Notes under the pieces: model-generated
What the model was told of the DNA's origin: nothing
The model's input: the letters and a program-made list of their open reading frames with translations, nothing else
Databases searched by the model: none
Assembly (NCBI RefSeq): GCF_006345805.1
Contig: NW_021831715.1
Coordinates: forward strand, 1 to 34,297
Direction of reading: 5' to 3'
DNA: 34,297 nucleotides
From: Octopus sinensis
Taxonomy: Eukaryota
Shown: piece after piece, positions 21,499 through 32,785 of the stretch
Numbering within the stretch: position 1 is the stretch's first letter
How the letters are laid out: each line of letters starts with the position of its first letter
Made by a program: the position numbers and the translations under genes

Positions 21499-21555
21499 GC
21501 TACAGACGCGTTTCAAGATTAAAGTGTTTTAAATTACTTCTCCCTTCAGTGTAGC
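21499..21555 (-). ncRNA. Minimal type-I hammerhead motif, A9G core variant
   Basis: Minus strand reads GCTACA-CTGAAGG-GAGA-(long loop)-TCTT-GAAAC-GC-GTC-TGTAGC. Stem I is a perfect 6 bp, stem III is the palindrome ACGCGT, cleavage triplet GUC. Confidence 0.7.
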
Positions 21556-21565
21556 ATTGTAGCAG

Positions 21566-21745
21566 TATGTATGTATGTATGTATGTATGTATGTATGTAT
21601 GTATGTATGTATATATGTATGTATGTATGTATGAATGTATGTATCTTTTTATGTATGTATGTATGTATGTATGTATGTATGTATGTATGTATGTATGTAT
21701 GTATGTATGTACGTACGTACGTATGGATTATGTATGTATGCATGC
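21566..21745. repeat. (TATG)n microsatellite
   Basis: Read directly. Confidence 0.95.
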
Positions 21746-22654
21746 AGTTTAATGATTGAAACCAGTAAAGCAAAAAATACATATATATGTGCATATACAA
21801 GCATGTGTACTATATATTATATATGTATATTATATATCTGCCGATATAGATATACAGATACAAATTATACACACACAGACACATAATATTATATATATGT
21901 GTATGTGTGTGTGGAGGGAGATAAAAGAGGATCTGTGTGTATGTGTGTGTGTATGTAGTTTCAAGTAACTAGCCATTATTGATATACCAGATATTTCATT
22001 ATATACGTTTCAATTAAAAATAATCAATCAAATCAATTACCGATCATTGACGAAAATATTGAAATATAAAGTTCGTTGTAATGTTGCCCTTATACAATAA
22101 ATAAATAAATAAATAAATGCAGGATAAAATAAAACAGAAATAAATAATAAGTCATGTTTTAGCCAAAAGATAAAATATATCTTCTTGTGGCTGTTATTTT
22201 ACCAAGTTTAAACCGTTGACTTTGTTAGCCAATGTTTACTTCCATTTTGTAGAGTGCATTGTTTGAGGTGGATTTTACTGATATTTCTAGCAGGTTCAAC
22301 GACCGCGTAAATGATTCCTAATTAGTTCATTGCAACTTATTTTTGTTGGTCAAGCGCGCTACCATCTGAAAGAAAACATTGCTAGTGCTAAATGTCAATG
22401 AAGGAGACTCTATGCGCTGAAGAAGGCAATTATTGATAGAGAACACACTATGTTTAGGGTCCGTGACAATATATATTACCCACGAAATGATGAATAACAA
22501 CCATGAATTCGGCGGGATTTGAAACATGTCTAACCAAATACAACAAGTTATTATATCTGACGCTCTAATGATCGTTCCAATTGTTCATGAGCAACAATAA
22601 TAATAGTTACTAGTTGCAAATTTTCGCACTTGGCCAGTAATAATGGGAAAAGAG

Positions 22655-22800
22655 TTAATTCGATTACGTCTATGCCAATGTTTAACTGGTACTTATGTTA
22701 TCGACACCTAACGGATAAAAGACAAAGTCGACCTAAGCGGAATTTGAACTCAGGGCGTATACCGGCCAGTGTGCTAACAGCCCTGCCAGCTCTCCGGCTC
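22655..22800 (-). mobile_element. Decayed SINE family B
   Basis: ACTGGTACTTATGTTATCGAC...AAAGTCGACCTAAGCGGAATTTGAACTCAG. Confidence 0.8.
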
Positions 22801-22821
22801 ATCTATAATAATAATTATTCC

Positions 22822-23009
22822 TTTCAAATTTTGGCATAAGAACAGAAGTTTAGGAGAGAAGGGGTAAATCGTTTAGTCAACTGGTACTTATTTTATCGAC
22901 CCCGAAAAGATGAAAGGCAAAGTCAACCTCGGCAAAATTTGAACGCAGGACCTAAAGACGGAAGAAATGCCGCTAAGTACTTTGCGCGGCGCAGTAACGA
23001 TTCTGCCAG
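22822..23009 (-). mobile_element. SINE family B, head clipped by adjacent family A copy
   Basis: ATCGACCCCGAAAAGATGAAAGGCAAAGTCAACCTCGGC...GATTCTGCCAG. Confidence 0.85.
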
Positions 23010-23408
23010 TGGCTGTGTGATAAGTAGCTTGCTTACGAACCACATAGTTCCGGGTTCAGTCCCACTGCGTGGTACCTTGGGCAGGTGTCTTCTAATATTG
23101 CCCCAGGCTAACCAAAGCCTTGTGAGTGGATTTGGTAAACGGAAACTGAAAGAAGTCCGTCGTATATATGTATATATATATGTGTGTGTGTGTACGTTTG
23201 TGTGCCTGTGTTTGTCCCCCAACAGCGCTTGACATCCGATGCTGGTGTGTTTACCTCCCCGTACCTTAGCGCTCCGGCAAAAGAGACCGATAAAATGAGT
23301 ACTTGGCTTACAAAGTATAAGTCCTGGGGTCTATTTACTCGACTAAAGGCGGTGCTCCAGCATGGTCACAGTCAAATGACTGAAACAAGTAAAAGAGTAA
23401 AAGAGTAA
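23010..23408 (+). mobile_element. SINE family A, near full-length
   Basis: Colinear with 14571-14993. Confidence 0.95.
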
Positions 23409-23421
23409 CAGTAATGATTAG

Positions 23422-23568
23422 TTTTCAAATTCTGGCACAAGGCCTACGTTTTTTGGGGATGGTCTAAATCGATTAAATCGACCCCAGTGTTCAACAGGTT
23501 CTTATTTTATCGATCCCGGCGGAATTTGAATCTTAATCGTAAAGATGGACGATTCTGTCAACTTGCTG
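23422..23568 (-). mobile_element. Decayed, internally deleted SINE family B
   Basis: AATCGATTAAATCGACCCCAGTG...CGGCGGAATTTGAA. Confidence 0.75.
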
Positions 23569-23667
23569 CTTTATCGATAATTATAATGAATACTATAACA
23601 AACCTGAAGATTGTTCTAGCTATTCTATTTCCTTACTTTATCAATATTATTGTACGACAACAGTAGT

Positions 23668-23981
23668 GAAGGTGCGTGGTTTAGTGGTTACGGTATTTGG
23701 CTCATGATCGTACGTACGTGTGTTCAATTCCCGGCGACGAGTTATGTTTGAGCAAAACAATTTATTTTCCCGCTGCCCCAAGTCTGCTCAGCTGGTAAGA
23801 ATAGTAACTGTATTTCAAAGAGCCAACCTTGTCACATTATGTGTCTCGCTGAATCTCCCTGAGAGCTACGATAAGAGTACACGTGCTTCTGGATTGCCCA
23901 GCCATGTGCACGTTGATTTCACGAGCAGGCTGTTCCATTTGTCGGATCAACTGGAGCCCTCGTCGTCATAACCGGAGTGCT
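23668..23981 (+). mobile_element. Mosaic SINE: D-type head + tail Y
   Basis: Head resembles 41/25524. Tail CTGTATTTCAAAG...TTTCACGAGCAGGCTGTTCC...CCCTCGTCGTC resembles 27620-27795. Confidence 0.85.
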
Positions 23982-24489
23982 AGGAAAACGATGCACTAAT
24001 TGCTATTACAATGAGCGTAGACTTGGTATTCTTTTTATGAATTTAGCTTCATAGACATCTGAAGCAAACTTCGGACAAGCTCCCGATGCAAGACTCATCC
24101 ACGTCGTCCAAATTGTGTGAGTGGAAACTAGTTAACAGAAACTATGGGATGTTTTTTGGGAAAGGGTAGCTCTTATCTTTGAGTCGAAGATTAAAGGTGT
24201 TTAACACTGCCACAATTTACATGGGTGTTTTTACTGGAATCCATTTTATTTAGGTCTCCTGTCTTAAGATAACTTCTTTTTTCTCCTACTAGCGACAGAG
24301 GAGTCGTAAAGGGTCGGAAACACAACCCTTCTTTCCGTGACTAAGCGATAAAAAAAAAAAACACACACACACACGCAAGCTATTACCAATTCTGTAGTGT
24401 TCGCTAATTTTGTTACATCAGATCTTATTAATAATACAACGAACTCATCTATTTATTTTGCAGTTGCACATAAACTGTCGTCATCGTTT

Positions 24490-25007
24490 TCCTCCTCCTC
24501 CTCCTCTCCTCCTCCTCCTCCTCCTCCCCCTCCTCCTCCTCTTCTACCACATCCTTGTTATAATACTGTTGTTGTTGTAGTTCTTTTTCTTGCTGCTGCT
24601 TTTCTCGTACTTCAACAACAACAACAACAACATAAACAACAACAACAACTACTACTACTACTACTACTACTACTGCAGTGATGATGCAGTGGATGATGGG
24701 ACTGACTTACTGCGGTTATACATTCTTTCCATTTTCATCACGAACTGCCTGGAGCAGTGCTGTTTCCAACTTTTGACTTTAGTTCTACATATTGCTTTTG
24801 GAGAGATTATGCTCACAATGTTGCTTCAAGTCTAAACGGAAATTTAGATATATGTAACTGGGATCCATCTTTTAAATATACATATATATATACATATATA
24901 ATATATATATATATATATAATATATATATATATTTTATATATATATATATATATACATACATACATACATACATAATACAAATACACACACGTATATACA
25001 TACACAC

Positions 25008-25047
<40 letters not shown>

Positions 25048-25140
25048 ATATATATATACACCTACATATATATATATATATATATATATGCATATCTAGC
25101 TATCACCATATATATATATATAAATATATATATATATATC
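24490..25140. repeat. (CCT)n,(CAA)n,(CTA)n and long (TA)n arrays
   Basis: Read directly at 24490-24680 and 24875-25140. Confidence 0.9.
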
Positions 25141-25523
25141 TGTATCTGTGCATGTGCATGTATGCGTGTCTGTGAACATTTCTTGCATATTACATATTTA
25201 CATAGTCAAACATTCATTTTACTGGAGGAATTATGAAGTATAAGATTGCATAAGTTCCAGGCTTTTCCAGGTGCATTTTTTTTTACGTAACTAAACTGAA
25301 ATAATTAGGAAGAATCAACGTGATAGTTGTCTATAGGTGGATTATTACTTATCACCTGGAATTTCAGCTATTTTGATTGAATTTCAAGAAAGAATTACAT
25401 CTGCTTATAGTTAACATATAATAACATTTGTTTTTTCTTCACATTTATACCTCCAAACAAAACCATGTCAGCTGATGCACATGCGCACACACATGCACAA
25501 CGCTTATGCATATATGTGCATGT

Positions 25524-25820
25524 GAAGGCGCGTGACTTAATGGTTAGGCGTGTTACACTAAAGTTGGTGATCGTGGGTTCGATTCCTGGATCGGCTAGGC
25601 ATTGTGTTCTTGAGCAAAACACTTCTTTTTCACGTTGTTCCTCTTCATTATGATGTAAATTAGTAAATCCTGTAATGGGCTAGCCTTCCAATCAGGGGAA
25701 ATGTTAAATTCCTTACCTGGCCAGTGGGGTGGGATAATTCGAAATCTGAAACGATGCAAAGCGCATTGTGACCAGTAATGTATAGCAACATCCGATAGTC
25801 TGGTAGATTTCGTGATCATG
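25524..25820 (+). mobile_element. Mosaic SINE: D-type head + tail X
   Basis: GAAGGCGCGTGACTTAATGGTTAGG...GGTTCGATTCCTGG head. Tail TGACCAGTAATGTATAGCAACATCCGATAGTCTGG...GTGATCA. Confidence 0.8.
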
Positions 25821-25873
25821 TAATATATATAAATATATATATAACGAAGAAATGGCTTACGTATAATCAAAAT

Positions 25874-26045
25874 TTAGGTTAGTTGAAATATGTTTGTCAC
25901 ATATTGTTGACTGAATGGAACCCACTAAACGAACTGGGTGTTTTCCCAACTTTCTACCATAAGAGAGATTTTTTTCTCCACGGTAACTGCAGTGTATTTC
26001 CTTTAGCAGTTGAAATACGTGACAAACATATTTCAACTAACCTAA
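25874..26045. mobile_element. MITE-like element with perfect 27-bp terminal inverted repeats
   Basis: TTAGGTTAGTTGAAATATGTTTGTCAC (25874-25900) and its exact reverse complement (26019-26045). Confidence 0.85.
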
Positions 26046-26047
26046 CT

Positions 26048-26094
<47 letters not shown>

Positions 26095-26139
26095 TATATA
26101 TTATATATATATATAGGTTAACAGTAAAAATAATTAACA

Positions 26140-26480
26140 GACATGGACAAGAACATGAAACACCAAGAGACGACACAAGAACCACAGGACGGGACATTCG
26201 AAGCCCTCAGTCATCAGTCAAGAACCAGATCATCTTAGCAATTTCGGCTGATTAATCTTGAGATTGCTCCGATATGGCCAGCCCGCCAAGGGAAATCTAA
26301 GCCAAGCGCATTAGATCCCTGGAAGAAAGCTTCGAATGTATACAACGCGAGGACGGAAAACGAACGAAGTACACAAACAAAAATACAGAATACGTGACAC
26401 CAATAAGAATACAAAAACGTAAAAACAATAACGGTAAAAATAAAAAATAAACAACAAAACAAAACCAGGACGTAGGACAA
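26140..26480 (-). mobile_element. Uncharacterised repeat related to family F
   Basis: Shares the CAACGCGAGGAC motif (about 26343) with 7102/15901. A degenerate CTGATGA is present at 26211-26217(-). Confidence 0.35.
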
Positions 26481-26545
26481 GGGTCTTTCGACAGGACGAG
26501 TTGAGTATGGGGCTATATATATATATATATATATATATTATCATG

Positions 26546-26829
26546 TGATCACGTGACCGACCAGGCTATCAGATGTTGCTACACATCGCTGGTCAGCCTT
26601 CAAATGCCGCCACCCCGATGGCTGAGCGAGCAGGCCAACAGAAGAAAGAGTGAGAGAAGGTTGTAGTGAAAGAGAACAGCAGGGATCGCCACCACCCCCT
26701 ACCGGAGACTCGTAGAGCTTTAGGTGTTTTCGCTCAATAAACTCTCACAACTCCCAGTCAGGTAATCGAAATCGCGATCCTACGACCGCAAGTCCGCTGC
26801 CCTAACCACTGGGCCATTACGCCTCCATA
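26546..26829 (-). mobile_element. Mosaic SINE: C-type head + tail X
   Basis: Minus strand reads GGAGGCGTAATGGCCCAGTGGTTAGGGCAGCGG... and ends TGACCAGCGATGTGTAGCAACATCTGATAGCCTGG...GTGATCA. Confidence 0.9.
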
Positions 26830-26950
26830 TATATGTGTGTGTGTGTGAGTGTGTGTGTGTGTGTGTGTGGTGTGTGTGTTTGTGTCTGTGTTTGTGTGTG
26901 TGTGTGTGTGTGTTTGTCTATCGGTCGATCCATCGATCCATCCATCCATC

Positions 26951-27036
<86 letters not shown>

Positions 27037-27040
27037 ATCA
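26830..27040. repeat. (GT)n and (TCTA)n microsatellites
   Basis: Read directly. Confidence 0.95.
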
Positions 27041-27069
27041 GTATCTAAGTGCGTTTAGGTATAGGCGAA

Positions 27070-27372
27070 CTTTAGGTGAATTAAAATATGCTTGTTATAT
27101 ATTTCAACTTCTAAACGCAAATTCTCTGCGATTACTGAGGGTTAAGAAATTTTTCTCTTAGAGTAAAAACACCATTTCTGGGCAGTGCTGCCCCCTATCG
27201 GATTTCCAGACGCGATTTGGGCTCTTTAGCTGCTGTCAATGTGAAATAACGACTAAAAAGCTGGAAATGAATCTGTGAATCCAATAGGGGGACAACTCTG
27301 GGCAGATATAGAGTTTTTACACCTTTAACATTTAAACAGATTTTTTCTTCACGGTAACTGCGGAGAATTTGA
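27070..27372. mobile_element. Longer, one-end-truncated copy of the TTAGG-terminated MITE family with internal hairpin
   Basis: Left end CTTTAGGTGAATTAAAATATGCTTG resembles 6419. TTTTTTCTTCACGGTAACTGC resembles about 25970-25990. Internal inverted repeat 27191-27204 / 27278-27291 matches at 13/14. Confidence 0.65.
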
Positions 27373-27420
27373 ACTTCCTATTCAATTCGAATAGTGTCAT
27401 TTAATAGGTTCTTTTCATTA

Positions 27421-27795
27421 GTGGAGGCGCAATGGCCCAGTGGTTAGGGCAGCGGACTCGTGGTCATAGGATCACGGTTTCGATTACCAGACCGGGCGTT
27501 GTGAGTGTTTATTGAGCGAAAACACCTAAAAGCTCCACGAGCCTCCGGCAGGGGATGGTGGTGATCCCTGCTGTACTCTTTCACCACAACTTTCTCTCAC
27601 TCTTACTTCCTGTTTCTGTTGTACCTGTATTTCAAAGGGCCGGCCTTGTCACTCTCTGTGTCACGCTGAATATCTCCGAGAACTACGTTAAGGGTGCACG
27701 TGTCTGCGGAGTGCTCAGCCACTTACACGTTAATTTCACGAGCAGGCTGTTCCGTTGATTCGGAACCCTCATCGTCGTAACCGACGGAATGCTTC
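27421..27795 (+). mobile_element. Full-length SINE: C-type head + tail Y
   Basis: GTGGAGGCGCAATGGCCCAGTGG (A box), GGTTTCGATTACC (B box), tail ending CGTCGTAACCGACGGAATGC. Confidence 0.92.
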
Positions 27796-28464
27796 CATCC
27801 ATCTTTTCATTAATCTTTGGGAGAATAATAATGATATGTTGTACATGGGTTTCCCAAGGCCTTTAAATGAGGCAGAGTGCATTTCCTTTTTCCGGGATGC
27901 TACCTCAATCATGACTGAAACTTAAAAAAAAACAAAAAAAAAACTATTTAGGCTTATGTGTCGCTACCCATTCAATTTTGGGCAAAGTACGAGGTGACTG
28001 TTCTAGATTTTGCTCTTGCAGAATTGTTTTCCCTTCTAAAGTTCAAATCTAACCAGAAAATCATCGATGTCAGAGACTAGGATTTGTCGAGTGAAATTCG
28101 CTGAAAGATTTGCGTCCCAAAGCCTTCTTTCGGCATGCAGAAATTTAAGACGCGCACGCACGCACACACAGACACACACATACAGATATATGTATGCACA
28201 GATACAAACACAACAAAGATATACGTATGCACAGACGCACACACACACATACACACACACATTTGCATACATACTTATACAAAGACATTTATACATATGT
28301 GGAATATAGAAAGAATAAAAGAGAACTGAAAAGAGAAGTAATAGCTGAATAAACGTGGGTTAACCATAGAATATTTAAATGATATTTTTGAAATTCTTTG
28401 AATAGATAATGCTCTCTTACATTCCATTTCATTCTATACACATGTACACACATGAAATAAACGT

Positions 28465-28477
28465 ACACACACACACA

Positions 28478-28521
<44 letters not shown>

Positions 28522-28701
28522 ACGCACAAACACGCACGCACACACATACAAACACACACAAACACATACGCACTCGCAGATGCGTACACACAGAATCGTA
28601 CGTACGAGTGTCTGTGTCACGCACAGTACAATCGCACTTTCACTTTCAGCCTCTCTTCAACCTACTATCTTTCTCTCTCTCTCACACCCTCTTCCCACAC
28701 G

Positions 28702-28756
<55 letters not shown>

Positions 28757-29055
28757 CACACACACCACACTCACACACACACACACACAAACACACTCAC
28801 ATACATGCGCATATAGATGTATGTTTGTATATGTGTGTATGTATGTATGTATGTATGTATGTATGTATGTATGTATGTATGTATGCATGTATGCATGTAT
28901 GTATGTATGTATGTATGCATGTATGTATGCATGTATGTATGTATGCATGTATTTATGTATATGTGTATGTATGTATGAAGTCTATTTATGATTGAACGCG
29001 TATGTTTGAACACATGCATGTTTGTATGTACGTACGTACGTACATGCATGTATGT
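28465..29055. repeat. (CA)n and (TATG)n microsatellites
   Basis: Read directly. Confidence 0.9.
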
Positions 29056-29189
29056 ATGTACGTACGTACGTACGTGCGGATGTGTACATGTGTCTAGGTG
29101 CATTTATGAGAGTATATGTATGTATAAGAGAGAATATGTGCGTACGTGTCACTACTGCTGAACTTTTCTCTTGTTCTTTCGCCTTGCAG

Positions 29190-29338
29190 TTTCACCTATT
29201 CGCCAATCAACGTCTACGAGATCATTTGGAGCAGCCGTTTCTGAATGGATTGGAAAAAGGGCCGCCAGAGACAATCCGCACTTCATCTTGTATTTCTCAA
29301 TAGCCGGATTGACTGCGGATGACAAGAGTTCTCCGTGA
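29190..29338 (+). other. Candidate exon after a strong acceptor
   Basis: CTTTTCTCTTGTTCTTTCGCCTTGCAG| precedes a GC-richer, non-repetitive island. Two frames stay open for 37 and 48 codons. No good donor; AATAAA motifs lie downstream. Confidence 0.3.
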
Positions 29339-29884
29339 AAGTTCAATGATTGACGTAACATTAGCGCTGTCAACGGAACACTTCTACTTTAGTAGTTATT
29401 TTAGAAATAAATAAATAAATGAATGAATGAATAAATTTATAAATAAAGTAGTATTAATAATGAGCAAAAAACAGCCGAGAAGTATATGTACATGTGTGCA
29501 TGCAACCAATCTTAGAAGAACCCTCAGATACACATATACACGTAGGGGCGGGAACATGCACACTCACACATACACATACACATGAATATATGAAATTTGT
29601 AATATGCGTATGTATGCATGTATGCATATAAATTCGCAATATGTGTATCTACATACATATATGTATGCACATGATGTTGTATTATATTTGTATGTGTATA
29701 TGCACATAAGCACCACATGCACATATTAAATTATAAAAATGCTGAAGCAAGTAGAAAATATCATTTAAATATAAAAAAGAAATTAACACTGATAAAAATA
29801 AGAATTTAACGATGAAGAATAATAAAAGAAAAAGTGGAAAAAAATAAGACATAAATATATATACATAGCTAAACACATACACAT

Positions 29885-29953
29885 ATGTATGTATTATGTA
29901 TGTATTTTGTTATATATATATATATACACACATATATATATGTATATATTTGT

Positions 29954-29986
<33 letters not shown>

Positions 29987-30106
29987 ATATATATATATGT
30001 ATATATATGTATATATATGTATATATATGTATATATATGTATATATATATGTATATTATATATAATATATATATATATTATATATTATATATATACACAT
30101 ACATAC

Positions 30107-30194
<88 letters not shown>

Positions 30195-30533
30195 ACATGC
30201 ATATATTGTATTACTGACTGCATTGCAGTTCTTTCTATATTCTACGGTTATATTTTTCTATTACTACTGCGCAGCCCGGATGGTTTTTTTTTTTCTAAGT
30301 GGATGGAAAATCTAGCTACGCAACAGCTGGATATGATGGTTCTATATGCTGGCACTACTGGTGAGATGTTGCCTTGATATTGTCTAATTCCTATTCTTTC
30401 CCATTCACTCTTATTTTTTTATTCTTTTCGCTACCTCATGAAGCTAAAACATATAGGGGACAGAAGTACTGAAGTTGGTTTGATAAAAAAATAACACGAT
30501 ACGCTTAGCTCTGTCTCCCCCTCTCACTCTGTC

Positions 30534-30595
<62 letters not shown>

Positions 30596-30860
30596 TATCT
30601 ATATATACATATATATTCTATATGTATATATTTATATATGTATATATATTATATATATTATTATATATATATTAATATATATATATATATGACATCTGTG
30701 TGCGTGTATATATGTATGTATATATATAAGTTTATTATATGTATGTTTATATATATGCATATATATATGTGTGTTTATATATTATGCATATATATGTATA
30801 TATATGTATATATATATATATATATTATATACATATATATATTGTGTGTGTGTGTGTGTA
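29885..30860. repeat. Long (TA)n-dominated arrays
   Basis: Read directly at 29885-30195 and 30535-30860. Confidence 0.9.
30300..30360 (+). CDS. Candidate 61-nt internal exon, product unknown
   Basis: Acceptor TTTTTTTTTTTCTAAG| and donor CTG|GTGAGA. Two open frames: WMENLATQQLDMMVLYAGTT and DGKSSYATAGYDGSICWHY. Confidence 0.35.
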
Positions 30861-30871
30861 TAAATATTTTC

Positions 30872-30917
30872 TTTTACTTGTTTCAGTCATTTGACAGTGG
30901 CCATGCTGGAGCACCGC
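30872..30917 (-). mobile_element. SINE family A tail fragment
   Basis: TTTTACTTGTTTCAGTCATTTGACAGTGGCCATGCTGGAGCACCGC. Confidence 0.85.
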
Positions 30918-32094
30918 ATGTATACACATATACATACTCAAGCATACACATTTGTGTGTGTGTGTGTGTGTGTGTATAAGAGTCACCACCACAATTTTTT
31001 AACGGAACAGTCTTTTACAGTCTTATTGATTTCTTTATCTTAAAAAGAATGAAAATTTAAAAATTCAATAACTTTCACAAATTAAACATTCTTGATAAGG
31101 GAGACAGGGACAAAAATCTAATGACATAGTCCAAGGTCGGTGACACACCCTATGTATGACGTCACTTCACATATAGAAGCTATTTTTAACCCCCTATATA
31201 TGCATACTCAGACACATATGTCTGTATATATGTATAAATTCATGCCTATATATGTATGAATATATGTGGGTATATGTGTGCATATATATGTATATATGTA
31301 TAAATGAAGGTATATATACATATACACATACACACACACACACATGCACACATACACACACATACACACACACACACATATATATATACACACATATATG
31401 TGTGTGTATGTGTTTCTATACATATAATATGTATTTGTGTGTATGTGTGTGTGCGTTGCTATCCAATGACATGTCTCATATAAGTTTAATGCTTAATTTT
31501 ATATAGTAATCTGTGTATCGTACTTAATGTAAATACGTCACCGAACTCCTAATTAACTGCTGTATTCGTCCCGAAATATCTCCTATCGACATACATTGTT
31601 AAATGACACAAAATATATGATTAGCAGCAGAAAATCGGCCAGTAGCTGTGGTAGTATTTCCTGTTGCGAACTTCTGCTTCCTTAGGCTTCGTCAATAAAA
31701 AGTACTCACTAGCAGCTACATTCTAAATCCACATCTATCGTCAGTGATACAGTAACTGAAAAATCACTCATGTTGCTGTTAGCTGGACAGTTGAATGGTA
31801 ATTAGGGACATGCAGCAGAAGCAATATTTTATCTGTATCATATGTTATTGAACAGTCCTAAGCACTTTGGCTTGTTACATGAAAAGAAATAAAAAGATTA
31901 TATGGGGTTTAGTATAGGCAGCCATATGCCCACTTTACCTGGCTGATTGTTTTTATGTAATCGAAACGGAAAAGATTTTAAAAAATGAAAAAGTTTTTAT
32001 ACTTAGACAGTACAGAATTGTAAATAAATTTCGTAAAAGATCCTATCTGATGCCAAACCAATTCTATTTTGTCCTTGCTCTTTATATTAATATT

Positions 32095-32230
32095 GGTTTC
32101 AAATTTTGGTACATGGCCATGATTCCATTGACCCCATTGACCAAAAGGATAAATTCGACCTCGAATACAAATACGGCCGAAATGCCACTAAGCATTTTCC
32201 GCTACGTGCTAAAACTTCTACCAGCTGGCA
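32095..32230 (-). mobile_element. Highly decayed SINE family B
   Basis: TTCAAATTTTGGTACA tail and GAAATGCCACTAAGCATTTTCC...CCAGCT head remnants. Confidence 0.6.
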
Positions 32231-32510
32231 GAACTTTTAGTGGTTACCTCGTTTTTTTTCCATTGATTTGGGGATAGCAATTAAAGCATTAGATTTGTGC
32301 TAGATTAATTATCTTCTTTCTTTATCGTTGTATCTCTCTTACAGTTAGCTCATGCGGATATGATGGTGTCTTGCAAAGTAAAGCCCGAAAGATTGGCAAC
32401 TGGTAATACAATTTGTATTCTCTCACAAAGATTTCATAGACACTTAGTGCTTGTCAAGAAAGTTACTAAAACTCGTTAACCGACTTGATACAGAAAGAGG
32501 TGAAAAATTG

Positions 32511-32690
32511 ATTTCCAATTTTGGTACAAGGATAGGCAGTGAGAAATAATATAGACGATAAAACCGACTCCAATGTTTTACTGGTAGAAAGGTAAAGTCG
32601 ACCACAGTGGTATTTGAATTCAGAAAATAAAGGTACACAATTAAATAGCATAAGGTATTTTCCCACCCAGGGTTCTCCCAATCTGCCTGC
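32511..32690 (-). mobile_element. Highly decayed SINE family B
   Basis: GAAAGGTAAAGTCGACCACAGTGGTATTTGAATTCAGAA core remnant. Confidence 0.6.
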
Positions 32691-32785
32691 CAATTCTTGA
32701 AATATGTATTGCAGTACATTGTTACAGCACTCGGCAAAACATATTCTTTTATTTGTTTCATATTACATATTACAAATATTACATA

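Noticed and set aside
26181-26220. Hammerhead at CTGATGA (minus strand)
   Set aside because: GAAAC is degraded to GAATG, and neither stem I nor stem II can form.
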